From assembly GCA_963665325.3 (NCBI GenBank), contig CAXXWS020000003.1, positions 384,001-448,000 on the forward strand: 64,000 nucleotides of DNA, given 5' to 3'. The notes below the pieces were generated by a model, which saw only the letters and a program-made list of their open reading frames with translations, searched no databases and was not told where the DNA came from. This stretch comes from Alphaproteobacteria bacterium (GTDB taxonomy: Bacteria > Pseudomonadota > Alphaproteobacteria > Bin95). The translations under genes were made by a program, and so were the position numbers. Positions 19,804-29,585 of this stretch are shown piece after piece; within the stretch, counting starts at the first letter, position 1; every line of letters starts with the position of its first letter.

Positions 19804-19989
19804 TCAGTTCCTGAACAGGGCCGCGGCGCCGCCGATGGCGCCCTTCTTGCGCTCGCGCTCCTCATCAACGCGGTCGGCCTCGGCGCGGAGCCGGGCCGCG
19901 AGTTCCTCCAGGTCTCCCACCGAGAGCCGGGAGAGGTCGTCGCCGAGCGTGTAGCCGGGCGGGCGGGGCTTTTCGTCTTCGTCTTGCAT
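19804..19989 (-). CDS. DUF1192 family protein
   Basis: LGDDLSRLSVGDL...LRAE..R......KK......AALF pattern. Confidence 0.85.
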   Translation of the reverse strand: MQDEDEKPRPPGYTLGDDLSRLSVGDLEELAARLRAEADRVDEERERKKGAIGGAAALFRN

Positions 19990-20046
19990 GGCCGGCCTCC
20001 GCTTGCGAATGTCGCCGGCCTTGCCATTTACCCGGAATGGACGCCA

Positions 20047-21042
20047 ATGGCCAACGCATTGCCCGCCGAAATGACCGTTATCGAAACCCCGTCGCCCGGC
20101 GGCCCGGAGGCGCTGGTGCCCGGCCGCCGCCCTGTGCCGACGCCCGGCCCCGGCGAGGTGCTGATCCGCATCGCGGCCGCCGGCATCAACCGCGCCGACT
20201 GCATGCAGCGCGCGGGCAGCTATCCGCTGCCGCCGGGCGCCTCCGACATCATCGGCCTCGAATGTTCCGGCACCGTGGCCGGCATCGGCGCGGGCGCCGC
20301 CGGCTGGGCCGTGGGCGACCCGGTCTGCGCGCTGCTCTCAGGCGACGGCTACTGCGAATACACCGCCGTGCCGGCCGCGCAGTGCATGGCGGTGCCCGAG
20401 GGCGTGGACCTCATCGACGCGGGCGGCCTGCCGGAGACCTACGCCACCGTCTGGGCCAATGTCTTCCAAGCCTGCGCGCTCCAGCCCGGCGAGACCTTCC
20501 TGGTGCAGGGCGGCTCCAGCGGCATCGGCACGACCGCCATCCAGCTCGCGAAGGCCTGGGGCTGCACGGTGCTGGCGACGGCCGGCAGCGCGGAGAAGGT
20601 CGCGGCCTGCGAGGCGCTCGGCGCCGACCGGGCGATCGACTACCGGAAGGAGGACTTCGTAGAAGCGGCGCGGGCCGCTGCGGGCGGCGCGGACGTCATC
20701 CTCGACATGGTGGGCGGCGACTATATCAACCGCCAGCTGGAGCTGCTGAACCATGGCGGCCGGCTCTGCTTCGTGGCCTTCATGCGGGGCTCGGAGGCGG
20801 AAGTGAATTTCGGCCTCGTCCAGCGCAAGCACCTCGTCGTGACCGGCTCGATGCTCAGGCCGCGCTCCGTCGAGGAGAAAGGGCAGATCTGCAAGGAGGT
20901 CTCGGACTATGCCTGGCCGCTGTTCGCCGACGGCGCGCTCCGCCCCGTCACCCACGCCCGCTTCCCCCTCGCCGAGGCCGCCGAGGCCCACCGGCTAATG
21001 GAATCGAGCGCGCATATCGGCAAGATCCTGCTGGTGCCCTGA
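20047..21042 (+). CDS. NAD(P)H-quinone oxidoreductase, PIG3-like (MDR family)
   Basis: GINRADCMQRAGSYP, GGSSGIGT and MESSAHIGKILL. Confidence 0.92.
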   Translation: MANALPAEMTVIETPSPGGPEALVPGRRPVPTPGPGEVLIRIAAAGINRADCMQRAGSYPLPPGASDIIGLECSGTVAGIGAGAAGWAVGDPVCALLSGDGYCEYTAVPAAQCMAVPEGVDLIDAGGLPETYATVWANVFQACALQPGETFLVQGGSSGIGTTAIQLAKAWGCTVLATAGSAEKVAACEALGADRAIDYRKEDFVEAARAAAGGADVILDMVGGDYINRQLELLNHGGRLCFVAFMRGSEAEVNFGLVQRKHLVVTGSMLRPRSVEEKGQICKEVSDYAWPLFADGALRPVTHARFPLAEAAEAHRLMESSAHIGKILLVP

Positions 21043-21084
21043 GGGGCATTTCCGCTCACCGAGGGTGGCGGGCTTCGAACGCGG

Positions 21085-22314
21085 TCACACCGCGCGGCGA
21101 AATGGCAGGAAATACGCAATGGCGCTGCCGGCAACGGCAAGCCCCCCGGCCAAGAAAAATGCCCGGCCGAGGTCATGGCTCCCCGCGATCCCGGCGATTA
21201 CCGCGCCGAGCGCACCCACGCCGTCCATGAACGTGAAGGCCATCCCCAGAGTGGTGGATTCGCGCTTGCCGGAGACATCGACCGCGGAAGCAAGCACCAC
21301 GGGCCTGATCGCTGTCAGCAGGGCGACCGCAATCGTCAGCGACAGCAGGAACGGCCAGAGCTGGTCGAGGCAGGAGGCGAGAATTCCGAACACCCCGGCT
21401 ATACCGAGCACCGTTACCAGCAGGAGCTTTCGTCCCACCCGGTCGGAGGCGTGGCCGACGAACGGCTGCAACACCGAGCCGGCGACCACCATCGCGGCGA
21501 ATGCTGCGCCGGTCTGCACGGTGGAGAGGCCGAGCACGGTGTGCAGATACAGGGGGGTCATGGCCAACGCCGCGAAGGCCGCCATGCTGTAGATCACAGC
21601 GAACCCGACGAGCCCGAACCCGATGGGGCTGCGCCAGCGTCTCAGCAGTGCCCTGAAATCTCTCAAGTCGAAACGGCGATCAGGCGAGGGGCCAATCCGT
21701 CGGACCATGGGGATGAACAACACCCCCATGACGAGCGCGGGCAACACCGAGATCTGCAGCACCGTGCGCCAGTCGAACCACACCAGCAGAAACCCCACCG
21801 CCAGGGGTGCAACCGCTTCGGCCCCGATGGTCCCGCCCATGGCATGGATGCCGAGCGCCCGCGCCTTGCGATCCGGCATCTTCTGGGTCAGCACTCCGGT
21901 GGCGACGGGATGCCAGGCGGCGTCGCCCATGACAGCAATCGCGAGCAGAATGACGAGCCACCAGTAACCGGGCGCCAGGGAGGCGATGAAGAAGCCGATC
22001 GCCACCCACCAGAAGGTCATCAGAAGCAACAGGCCGCGACTGCGAGTGTAGTCCCCGGCAAGCCCCGCGGGCAGATAGGCGAGCCCGCCGCCGATCCCCA
22101 TCAACGCGATCAGCAGCCCGACCCGGGCCGGCGTGAGATCCATGCCGACGGCAATGGCCGGGGTGAGCAGCAGGACGCTCCCGGCGGTCCAGTCATTGGC
22201 AAAATGGCCGAACGAGAACGTCGTGAGCAACAGACGTTCCTCGCGTCCGCGCCGTACCGAGCCGATCGCATCCGCGTGCGCCATGTTTCCTCGAACCGTT
22301 CGCGCCTTGCTCAC
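21085..22314 (-). CDS. MFS transporter (start may be 22284)
   Basis: About 12 TM helices; GHFAND, AWHP and GHASDRVGRK. Confidence 0.88.
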   Translation of the reverse strand: MSKARTVRGNMAHADAIGSVRRGREERLLLTTFSFGHFANDWTAGSVLLLTPAIAVGMDLTPARVGLLIALMGIGGGLAYLPAGLAGDYTRSRGLLLLMTFWWVAIGFFIASLAPGYWWLVILLAIAVMGDAAWHPVATGVLTQKMPDRKARALGIHAMGGTIGAEAVAPLAVGFLLVWFDWRTVLQISVLPALVMGVLFIPMVRRIGPSPDRRFDLRDFRALLRRWRSPIGFGLVGFAVIYSMAAFAALAMTPLYLHTVLGLSTVQTGAAFAAMVVAGSVLQPFVGHASDRVGRKLLLVTVLGIAGVFGILASCLDQLWPFLLSLTIAVALLTAIRPVVLASAVDVSGKRESTTLGMAFTFMDGVGALGAVIAGIAGSHDLGRAFFLAGGLAVAGSAIAYFLPFRRAV

Positions 22315-22436
22315 CTCACCTACACGACCGACAACGAGAACAGAAACGGTTAAGTCTATTTGCTAACGACAGTGCCGTCGTCCGCCGAAGCGCCGTTTTG
22401 CGCTATGCTCGCGGCCTCATTTCCGGGAGGTTCGGG

Positions 22437-23309
22437 ATGATCGCAGGACGCTGCCTTTGCGGGACCGCGCGCTTCGAGGTGGACGCCGTGCGCGACCTGT
22501 CGCACTGCCATTGCTCGATATGCCGCAAGCATCACGGCGCCGCCTTCGCCACCATGGCGCGGGTGCGGGAGGAGGCCTTCCGGTGGACGGCCGGCGAGGA
22601 GGCGGTCCGGCGCTACGAGTCCTCGCCGGGCTTCCACCGTTCCTTCTGCGGCACTTGCGGCTCGTCGCTGCCGGGACGCTCGCCGGCCGGGGGCTGGTTC
22701 GTGCCGGCCGGCCTCTTTGCCGATGACCCCGGCAAGCGCCCGAACGCGCACATTTTCGCCGCCTCGGCGCCGGCCTGGGACAGGATTTCCGACGACCTCA
22801 TCCGCTTCGACGGCTGGCCGCCGAACAAGGGGCTGCCGGAAATCGAGCGGGCCCGGCCGGAAGGCGTGCAGGGACTCGCCGGAAGCTGCGTGTGCGGAGG
22901 CGTCGTGTGGGAAGTGCTGGAGCCGTTCGGCCGCGTCCACAACTGCCATTGCTCGCGCTGCCAGAGGGCGCGCGCGGCTGCCCACGCGACAAACGGCTTC
23001 ACCTCCGCCGACGGCCTGCGCTTCGTCCGGGGCGGGGACCTCGCGGTTGAATGGAAACTGCCGGAGGCCCAGTTCTTCGCCGTCTCCTTCTGCCGCATCT
23101 GCGGCTCGGGCGTCCCCCGGCGCTCTCCGGAGCGCGGCCTCGCAGTCACGCCGATGGGGGCGCTGGACGACGATCCCGGACGCGGCGTGGACCGCCACAT
23201 CTACACCGGCTCGATGGCGCCCTGGCACGCGATTGCGGACGACCTGCCGCAATTCTCCGAGGCCGCGCCCGGCCCGATCCTGCCTCCCCGGCCTTTGCAA
23301 CCGGAGTGA
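22437..23309 (+). CDS. GFA/CENP-V family protein with two tandem domains
   Basis: Two copies of GxCxCG...HCHCSxC / NCHCSRC...FCxxCGS. Confidence 0.9.
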   Translation: MIAGRCLCGTARFEVDAVRDLSHCHCSICRKHHGAAFATMARVREEAFRWTAGEEAVRRYESSPGFHRSFCGTCGSSLPGRSPAGGWFVPAGLFADDPGKRPNAHIFAASAPAWDRISDDLIRFDGWPPNKGLPEIERARPEGVQGLAGSCVCGGVVWEVLEPFGRVHNCHCSRCQRARAAAHATNGFTSADGLRFVRGGDLAVEWKLPEAQFFAVSFCRICGSGVPRRSPERGLAVTPMGALDDDPGRGVDRHIYTGSMAPWHAIADDLPQFSEAAPGPILPPRPLQPE

Positions 23310-23359
23310 AACATCCTAAATCTCCCGCTGTCTCCTCCCCAACCGGAAGTGCCTCTCCA

Positions 23360-23971
23360 ATGGACATGCCCCTTATGCCGAAGGCGACAGCGGTCTGGCT
23401 GATCGACAATACGCGCCTCACTTTCGAGCAGATCGGCGCGTTTTGCGCCCTGCACATGCTGGAAGTGCAAGCGCTGGCGGACGGCGATATCGGAGACGGC
23501 ATCAACGGGCGCGACCCGCTTGCCAATGGTGAGCTAACCCGCGAGGAGATCGCCCGCTGCGAAGCCCTGCCGGACGGAAGGCTCGTCATGGCCAAGCGCG
23601 ACTCGCCGCGCGCCACGGCGCGCAGCAGCGGGCCGCGCTACACGCCGGTTGCCAAGCGCCAGGACAAGCCCGACGGTATCGCGTGGCTGCTCCGCAACCG
23701 CGCAGAACTCTCGGATGCGCAGATCGGCAAGCTGATCGGCACGACCAAGACCACCATCACCGCCGTGCGCGAACGCACGCACTGGAACGCCTCCAACATC
23801 CGCCCGCAGCACCCGGTCGATCTGGGTCTCTGCACCTATATCGACCTCGCTAGAGAAACCGCGAAGGCGCGCGCCAAGCTGCCCCCCGAAGAGCGCGAGG
23901 CGCTCGAAGCCGCCGACCGGCCCCAGCTCGAATCCCCGCCCGTCGAGGACGAGTCGCCGCTATTCGGCTGA
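23360..23971 (+). CDS. trcR: DUF1013 / TrcR-like transcriptional regulator
   Basis: PLMPKATAVWLIDNT, GPRYTPV.KRQDKP and IGTTKTTI...R.RTHWN. Confidence 0.88.
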   Translation: MDMPLMPKATAVWLIDNTRLTFEQIGAFCALHMLEVQALADGDIGDGINGRDPLANGELTREEIARCEALPDGRLVMAKRDSPRATARSSGPRYTPVAKRQDKPDGIAWLLRNRAELSDAQIGKLIGTTKTTITAVRERTHWNASNIRPQHPVDLGLCTYIDLARETAKARAKLPPEEREALEAADRPQLESPPVEDESPLFG

Positions 23972-24864
23972 CCGCCGCCTGGAACGGCCTGCCGGCCCTC
24001 GCCAAGGCCGGCATTCTGGCGATGGCGGCGATGGCCGCGTTCACCGGCATGAGCATATGCATCCGCTTCGCTTCGGCGGAACTCCATCCGTTCCAGATCG
24101 TCTTCTTCCGCAACGTACTCGTGCTGGCCTTCATGGCCCCGTTCTTCCGGCGGCTGGACCTGTCGGCGCTCCGGCGGCCGGGTTTCCCCTGGCATCTCTA
24201 CGCGATGCGCGGCGCCTTCGGCACAGTGGGCATGATCTGCGGCTTCTGGGCGGTCATCATCATGCCGCTCGCCGATGTCACGGCGCTCTCGTTCACGATG
24301 CCGCTGTTCGCAACCGCCGGCGCGGCGCTGGTGCTGGGCGAGACCGTGCGCGCGCGGCGCTGGACCGCCATCGTCATCGGCTTCCTCGGGTCCATGCTGG
24401 TCCTGCGCCCGGATTTCTCGGGCCTGGGCCCGGGGGCCGGCCTTGCTTTCGCCAACGCGGTGATGATCGCCGCCTCAACGCTGGTCATCAAGCGGCTGGC
24501 GCACCGCGAACCGGTAGAGCGCATCGTGTTCCTCGCCTCGGCCATCATCGCGGCACTGTCGCTCGCGCCGGCGCTGTTCGTCTGGCGGTGGCCGAGCCTA
24601 GAAATCTGGGCCGTGCTTCTTGCGCTCGCCGGGGTCGCCTCGCTCGGGCATGTCGCATTCGTCCGCGCGCTCTCGCTGGCCGACCTGACAGTGGTCATGC
24701 CGTGGGAATTCACCCGCCTGCCGATGATGGTTCTGGTCGCCATGCTGATCTTCGACGAGACGCCGTCGGTGTGGGCGCTGGCGGGCGGCGGCGTGATCTT
24801 CGCTTCGACCTTCTACATCGTCCGGCGCGAGGCTCAGCTCGCCCGCCGGCCCGAGTCTAGATAG
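23968..24864 (+). CDS. DMT/EamA family transporter (start uncertain: CTG 23968 or ATG 24022)
   Basis: QIVFFRN, LGETVRARRW and PWEFTRL; about 10 TM helices. Confidence 0.85.
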   Translation: MTAAWNGLPALAKAGILAMAAMAAFTGMSICIRFASAELHPFQIVFFRNVLVLAFMAPFFRRLDLSALRRPGFPWHLYAMRGAFGTVGMICGFWAVIIMPLADVTALSFTMPLFATAGAALVLGETVRARRWTAIVIGFLGSMLVLRPDFSGLGPGAGLAFANAVMIAASTLVIKRLAHREPVERIVFLASAIIAALSLAPALFVWRWPSLEIWAVLLALAGVASLGHVAFVRALSLADLTVVMPWEFTRLPMMVLVAMLIFDETPSVWALAGGGVIFASTFYIVRREAQLARRPESR

Positions 24865-26279
24865 CGCCGGCCGCCGATTTCCAGCATGTCGATACGCGCC
24901 GAATAGGCGCCGGCGCCGGCCTCGAACGCCCGGCGCTCCGGCAGGCCGGGGCGCACCAGTGGCCCGCCGGCGACCGTTTCCGCCGATGCGATGCCGAATG
25001 TCGCCAACACGGTCGGCGCGATGTCGATGGGCCCGACCGCCGCTTTGGCCACTGCCGCCGCGGCAAAGTACGGCCCCCGCGCCGCCAGCAGGCAGGAAAG
25101 CTCCTTCGGATGCAGCCCGCCATGGATGCCGCCGAACTCCGGCGGGGGTGAGTCGTCAAGGCCGGCAAGCGCCCCGCCTGCAAAGCCCCAGCGGTTGTCT
25201 TCGTCGTCCTGACCGAGCGTATAGACGAGATGCGGCGTGCGCTCATGGTCGAGGCCGACCAGGCCGAGCGCGAAGCTGCCCGCCACATGGCCTTCGACTT
25301 CGTTCAGCCCCCGCGCGAACAGGAGACCCGCCCAGGGCTGCTCGCGCATCCAGTCCGCCAGCCGGGCGATTTTCCCGTCACGGCTCCGGACATTGCCGCA
25401 GGAGGAGGAAACCACGGCATAGTCGGTGTCGGCGTCCAGATGCGGCCCGGACCGGAACCCGGCGGCGCGCATTTCGGCCGCCACATCGATCTTTTCGCGG
25501 ATCGTCACCTGTCCGTGGTCGGAAAGCAGGATGACATTCCACCGGTCCCGGTCCGGTCTTCTGTCCAGAGCGGCCAGCACCCGCGCAAATTCCGCGTCCA
25601 CGCAGGCAAGCGCGTTGCGGCAGGCGTCGGAGCCGATGCCGGCATAGTGCATGGCGATATCCGGCTCGGAATACCAGATGACCGCGACATGCGGGTCATG
25701 CTTCGGGAACATTTCCTCCAGAAGCACGCGGGTCACGTAGCGGCAGCGCTCACTGTTCGGCAGCGCCTGCGCCGGCACCGGCCCGAAGCGGGCTTCTATG
25801 CCGGCATGGTCCGCGGCCGGTGTGCTGATCTTCGGTCCCTGCACGGAAAAGGTCGCCTGATTGCGCCCTCTTGCACGGGGATTGAGGCAGTAGGCATTAC
25901 CGGCCGTGCCGGAGGAAACGACGACATAGCGCTTGTCTGCCGCCGCCAGCCTGTCGCCCAGCGTGGGCGCGGCAACCAGCGCGTCGCCGAAATGCTCGAC
26001 CGCCGCCAGCAGGCCGTCGACCGGCGCGGTATTGATGAGCGGCCCGCCGCCCGGCGCGGTGAAGGTGTTGGCGATCTGCCCGTGCCGTGCGGGCCAGGCG
26101 CCGGTCGCGACGGTTGGCGTGACGACGCGGGTCTCGCTCGGGAATACTGTCCGCGCGTTCGGCCAGACACAGCCCTCGGCCATGAAGCGCGTCACGGTAG
26201 GGCAGGCCTCCTCCGAGATCATGTCGGGCCTGAGCCCGTCCATCGCCACGATCAGGAAACGCGGTTCGTCAACGGCCAT
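24834..26279 (-). CDS. Alkaline phosphatase superfamily protein (NPP / phosphonoacetate hydrolase-like)
   Basis: DGLRPD, FPSETRV (Thr nucleophile), EPDIAMH, SDHG and IHGGLH; no signal peptide. Confidence 0.88.
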   Translation of the reverse strand: MAVDEPRFLIVAMDGLRPDMISEEACPTVTRFMAEGCVWPNARTVFPSETRVVTPTVATGAWPARHGQIANTFTAPGGGPLINTAPVDGLLAAVEHFGDALVAAPTLGDRLAAADKRYVVVSSGTAGNAYCLNPRARGRNQATFSVQGPKISTPAADHAGIEARFGPVPAQALPNSERCRYVTRVLLEEMFPKHDPHVAVIWYSEPDIAMHYAGIGSDACRNALACVDAEFARVLAALDRRPDRDRWNVILLSDHGQVTIREKIDVAAEMRAAGFRSGPHLDADTDYAVVSSSCGNVRSRDGKIARLADWMREQPWAGLLFARGLNEVEGHVAGSFALGLVGLDHERTPHLVYTLGQDDEDNRWGFAGGALAGLDDSPPPEFGGIHGGLHPKELSCLLAARGPYFAAAAVAKAAVGPIDIAPTVLATFGIASAETVAGGPLVRPGLPERRAFEAGAGAYSARIDMLEIGGRRYLDSGRRAS

Positions 26280-26364
26280 ACGGACTCTCCCGCCCTGGGA
26301 CCCTCCTCCGCTACCATGCTCCTGCCGCAACCCGCAAGGCAGGCGCAGGATCGGCACGAATATC

Positions 26365-26420
26365 CTTCCAAACGGTTGAATATCGATTCCGATGTCCGTA
26401 TGTTCAACCGAATGGTTGAG
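26365..26420 (+). promoter_or_regulatory. Probable ArsR-family operator (imperfect palindromes)
   Basis: ttcaaccgaatggttgag (26403-26420) and an upstream degenerate copy ttccaaacggttgaa, at the start of the ArsR gene. Confidence 0.65.
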
Positions 26421-26753
26421 CAAGAACTGAATCGCGTCTTCCACGCGCTCGGCGATCCCACCCGCCGCGCCATCCTCGACCGTCTGGCGGCAGGGGAGGC
26501 GACCGTCAGCCATCTCTCGCGCCCCTTTCCCCTCTCGTTCGCCGCGGTGTCGAAACATCTCGGTGTGCTCGAACGCGCCGGCCTCGTGACGCGCGAAGCA
26601 CGGGGCCGGGAACGGGTGTGCCGACTCAACCCGGCTGTACTCGAAGACGCGCGCGCCTGGCTCGAGTTCCACCGGCGCTTCTGGACCGACCGCCTGGATG
26701 CGCTTGAGGCGCTTGTCGGGACTACGCAAAGCAGTCCGGATGACACGCAGTGA
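26400..26753 (+). CDS. ArsR/SmtB family transcriptional regulator (start 26400 or 26412)
   Basis: VFHALGDPTRRAIL, AVSKHLGVLERAGLV and GRER. Confidence 0.92.
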   Translation: MFNRMVEQELNRVFHALGDPTRRAILDRLAAGEATVSHLSRPFPLSFAAVSKHLGVLERAGLVTREARGRERVCRLNPAVLEDARAWLEFHRRFWTDRLDALEALVGTTQSSPDDTQ

Positions 26754-27208
26754 CAGAACTCGAACCTTCGGCGGCAGCCGCAGAACCAAATATCTACCTA
26801 ACGCTGCATCGCGTGATCGACGCGCCGGTGGAGGCGGTCTATGCCGCGTGGACCGAGCCGGAGATGTTGCGGCGATGGCTTGCGCCCGGGAACGCCTCGG
26901 TCGTGCGCGCGATCGCCGATGTCACGGTCGGCGGAGCATTTCTTGTCGAGATGCGCGGAGCGGACGGGCGGCGCTGGCTTACCCGCGGCGTATATCGGGA
27001 GGTCGTGCCCTGCCGTCGCCTGGTGCACACCTGGCGTTGGGAGGGCTGCGATGTCGAGTCCCTGGTCACCGTCGAATTCGAGCCGGGAACGCCCGGCACG
27101 ACGCGCCTGACCCTGACGCATTCCCGGTTCGCGCAAGTCGAGGCCCGCGACGAGCATGAGCAGGGCTGGGCCGGGTGCATCGCGAAACTGGAGACATTGT
27201 GGACCTGA
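26750..27208 (+). CDS. SRPBCC/AHSA1 (START-like) domain protein
   Basis: IDAPVEAVYAAWTEPE..RRW and HEQGW; GTGA-coupled to the ArsR gene. Confidence 0.9.
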   Translation: MTELEPSAAAAEPNIYLTLHRVIDAPVEAVYAAWTEPEMLRRWLAPGNASVVRAIADVTVGGAFLVEMRGADGRRWLTRGVYREVVPCRRLVHTWRWEGCDVESLVTVEFEPGTPGTTRLTLTHSRFAQVEARDEHEQGWAGCIAKLETLWT

Positions 27209-28101
27209 TGAACGGGATCGCGCCAATAACTCGACCGGACTGGGTTTCGGACGAAATTTATCCTTTCGAGAGCCGGTATTTCGCCGCGCCGCCCGATCAT
27301 CGAATGCACTATATCGACGAAGGTGCGGGCGATCCTCTCGTGTTCGTGCATGGCAACCCGACCTGGTCGTTCGAGTTCCGCCATCCGGTCCGGGAGCTTC
27401 GTTCGCAGTTCCGCTGCATTGCGCCCGACCATATCGGCTTCGGGCTCTCCTCGCAGAGCGACCGGCACGAGGATTATCATCCGGAAAGTCACGCCCGCCG
27501 GTTCGCCGCATTGCTCGACCATCTCGACCTTTGCGACATCACGCTGTTCATGACCGACTGGGGCGGGCCGATCGGCCTCGACTTCGCACGCAGGCATCCG
27601 GAGCGCGTCAAGCGTCTCGTCATCGCGAACAGCTGGTGCTGGCCGGTCGGCGGCGACTTCCACTTCAGGTCGTTCAGCTTTCTGATGTCGAGCTGGATCG
27701 GCCAGTATCTGATCCGCCGCCGCAACATGTTCGTGAACAAGGTCATGCCGATGGCGGTCGGCGACCGGCGCGTCCTGACGCCGGAGGTCATGGCGCATTA
27801 CCGCAATGCGCAGCCCTCGCCCGCCGCCCGCACCGCCAATGCCGCGCTGCCAGGCTACATTGTCGGCGCGGGCGACTGGCTCGGCTCGATCTGGGACGAC
27901 CGCTCAGTCTTCGCGAACAAGTCGGCGCTTCTCCTCTGGGGGTTCAAGGATATCGCATTCCGGAAAAAGGAACTCGAACGGTGGAAGGCCGCGCTGCCCG
28001 ACCACCAACTCCACGAATTCGAGGACTGCGGGCATTTTCTCGCGGAAGAAGCGCCCAAAAGGGTTGTGTCGGCGCTTCGAGCCTTCATGACGCGCCCATA
28101 G
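27208..28101 (+). CDS. Alpha/beta hydrolase, haloalkane dehalogenase/OleB-like
   Basis: MHYIDEG, HGNPTWS, DWGG nucleophile elbow and GHFLAEE. Confidence 0.88.
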   Translation: MNGIAPITRPDWVSDEIYPFESRYFAAPPDHRMHYIDEGAGDPLVFVHGNPTWSFEFRHPVRELRSQFRCIAPDHIGFGLSSQSDRHEDYHPESHARRFAALLDHLDLCDITLFMTDWGGPIGLDFARRHPERVKRLVIANSWCWPVGGDFHFRSFSFLMSSWIGQYLIRRRNMFVNKVMPMAVGDRRVLTPEVMAHYRNAQPSPAARTANAALPGYIVGAGDWLGSIWDDRSVFANKSALLLWGFKDIAFRKKELERWKAALPDHQLHEFEDCGHFLAEEAPKRVVSALRAFMTRP

Positions 28102-28125
28102 TCCCGGGCCAGAGAGTGCAGGAAC

Positions 28126-28572
28126 TCAGAACGGCTTTACGACGACCAGCAGCACGATTGCGAGCGTGAGCAGCGCCGGCACCTCGTTGGCGAGGCGGCA
28201 GTGACGGGCAGAGAGGGTGCGCACATCGTTCGCCAGCGCCTTCCGCCAGCGCGCGAAGACATGGTGCAGCCAGGAGAGCGCTGCGATCCCTGCCAGCTTG
28301 ATCCAGAGCCATCCGGCGAACCAGTCCATGTTGGGCGATACCCAGAGCAGCAGCCCGCCGAACAGGAAGGCCGCGATCATGGCCGGATTGACAATGATAC
28401 GGAGCAGGCGCCGCTCCATGCGCTTGAAACGCTCGCTGTCGGGCGCGCCCGGCTCGGTCTCCAGATGGTAGATGTAGAGGCGCGGCAGATAGAGCATCCC
28501 GGCCATCCAGAAGACGACCGCCGCGATATGCAGCGCCTTGATCCACGGGTAGAGCGCGAAGAGCCAGTCCAT
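28126..28572 (-). CDS. hemJ: Protoporphyrinogen oxidase HemJ
   Basis: KALHI..V..WMAGMLYLPRL, MERRLL and NEVP...VVVKPF. Confidence 0.93.
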   Translation of the reverse strand: MDWLFALYPWIKALHIAAVVFWMAGMLYLPRLYIYHLETEPGAPDSERFKRMERRLLRIIVNPAMIAAFLFGGLLLWVSPNMDWFAGWLWIKLAGIAALSWLHHVFARWRKALANDVRTLSARHCRLANEVPALLTLAIVLLVVVKPF

Positions 28573-29585
28573 TAGGCGGCTGCCGGACACGCAGTGCAGG
28601 AAGCAGGGCAGAGGCGCCGCCGCGGCCGGCGGTCGAGCACCAGCTCCGCAAGGCCCTCGATATAGGAAGGCGCGGTGCGCGGTGTCGCCACCCGTTCCCA
28701 GGCTGCTGCGCCCGCGTGCTCGGCTACCGCCCGGTATTCAATATCGAGTTCGACCAGCGTCTCCGAATGTTCCGATACGAACGCAATGGGCGCCAGCACC
28801 AGCGCCAGCCCTTCCCTAGCTGCGGCTTCCACCTCGGCTTCGGTGTCCGGCTGAAGCCATTTCTCCGGCGTGGCTCGGCTCTGCCAGGTCACACGCCAGT
28901 CAATGTCGGCAAGTTCGCCCAGCCGGGTTTCGGCGGCGGCGCGAAGCGCTTCGGCCGTTCTCTCCACCTGCCACGCATAGGGGTCGCCTTTCGCAACCAC
29001 CCGCTCCGGCAGGCCGTGGGCGGTGAACAACACACGGACCGGCGCGGCGGCTCGCGCGCGGCGGATGGCCCCGGCCAGAGGTTCCGCCCAAGCCTCGATC
29101 AGGCCCTCCAGCAGCGGGTGGCAGCAAAGCACTCGCAGCTTCGCAGCCTCGCCGGCGAGTTTCCGCCATTCCGCAAGCGACGAACCGGAAGTCGTCGTCG
29201 AGAACTGGGGATAGAGCGGCAGCGCCACGATCTCGTCCGGGCGGTAATCCCGGACTGCCGGCAGCACCGTGGCCGCACGCGGACGCCAGTAGCGCATTGC
29301 GGTGAAGCAGCGCACTTCCCGGCCGTGTCCGGCAAGTGCGACCTCCAAAGCGCGCGCCTGCGCGTCGGTCTGGTCCAAGAGCGGCGAGGCGCCGCCGAGT
29401 TGCTCATAAATCGCGCGTGCCGGGGCTGCCCGTCGCCCGGCAATATAGCGAGACAGCAGGAACCGCACGGGACCCGGGGCAGGCAGGATGGCGGGATCGC
29501 TGAAAAGATTTTGCAGGAACGGCTTGACCGCCTCCGAACTGTCCGGCCCGCCAAGATTGAAAAGAATGACGGCAAGCCGGCTCAC
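28572..29585 (-). CDS. hemH: Ferrochelatase
   Basis: NLGGP, PLYPQFSTTTSGS, AHGLP and FVSEHSETLVELD. Confidence 0.95.
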   Translation of the reverse strand: MSRLAVILFNLGGPDSSEAVKPFLQNLFSDPAILPAPGPVRFLLSRYIAGRRAAPARAIYEQLGGASPLLDQTDAQARALEVALAGHGREVRCFTAMRYWRPRAATVLPAVRDYRPDEIVALPLYPQFSTTTSGSSLAEWRKLAGEAAKLRVLCCHPLLEGLIEAWAEPLAGAIRRARAAAPVRVLFTAHGLPERVVAKGDPYAWQVERTAEALRAAAETRLGELADIDWRVTWQSRATPEKWLQPDTEAEVEAAAREGLALVLAPIAFVSEHSETLVELDIEYRAVAEHAGAAAWERVATPRTAPSYIEGLAELVLDRRPRRRLCPASCTACPAAA

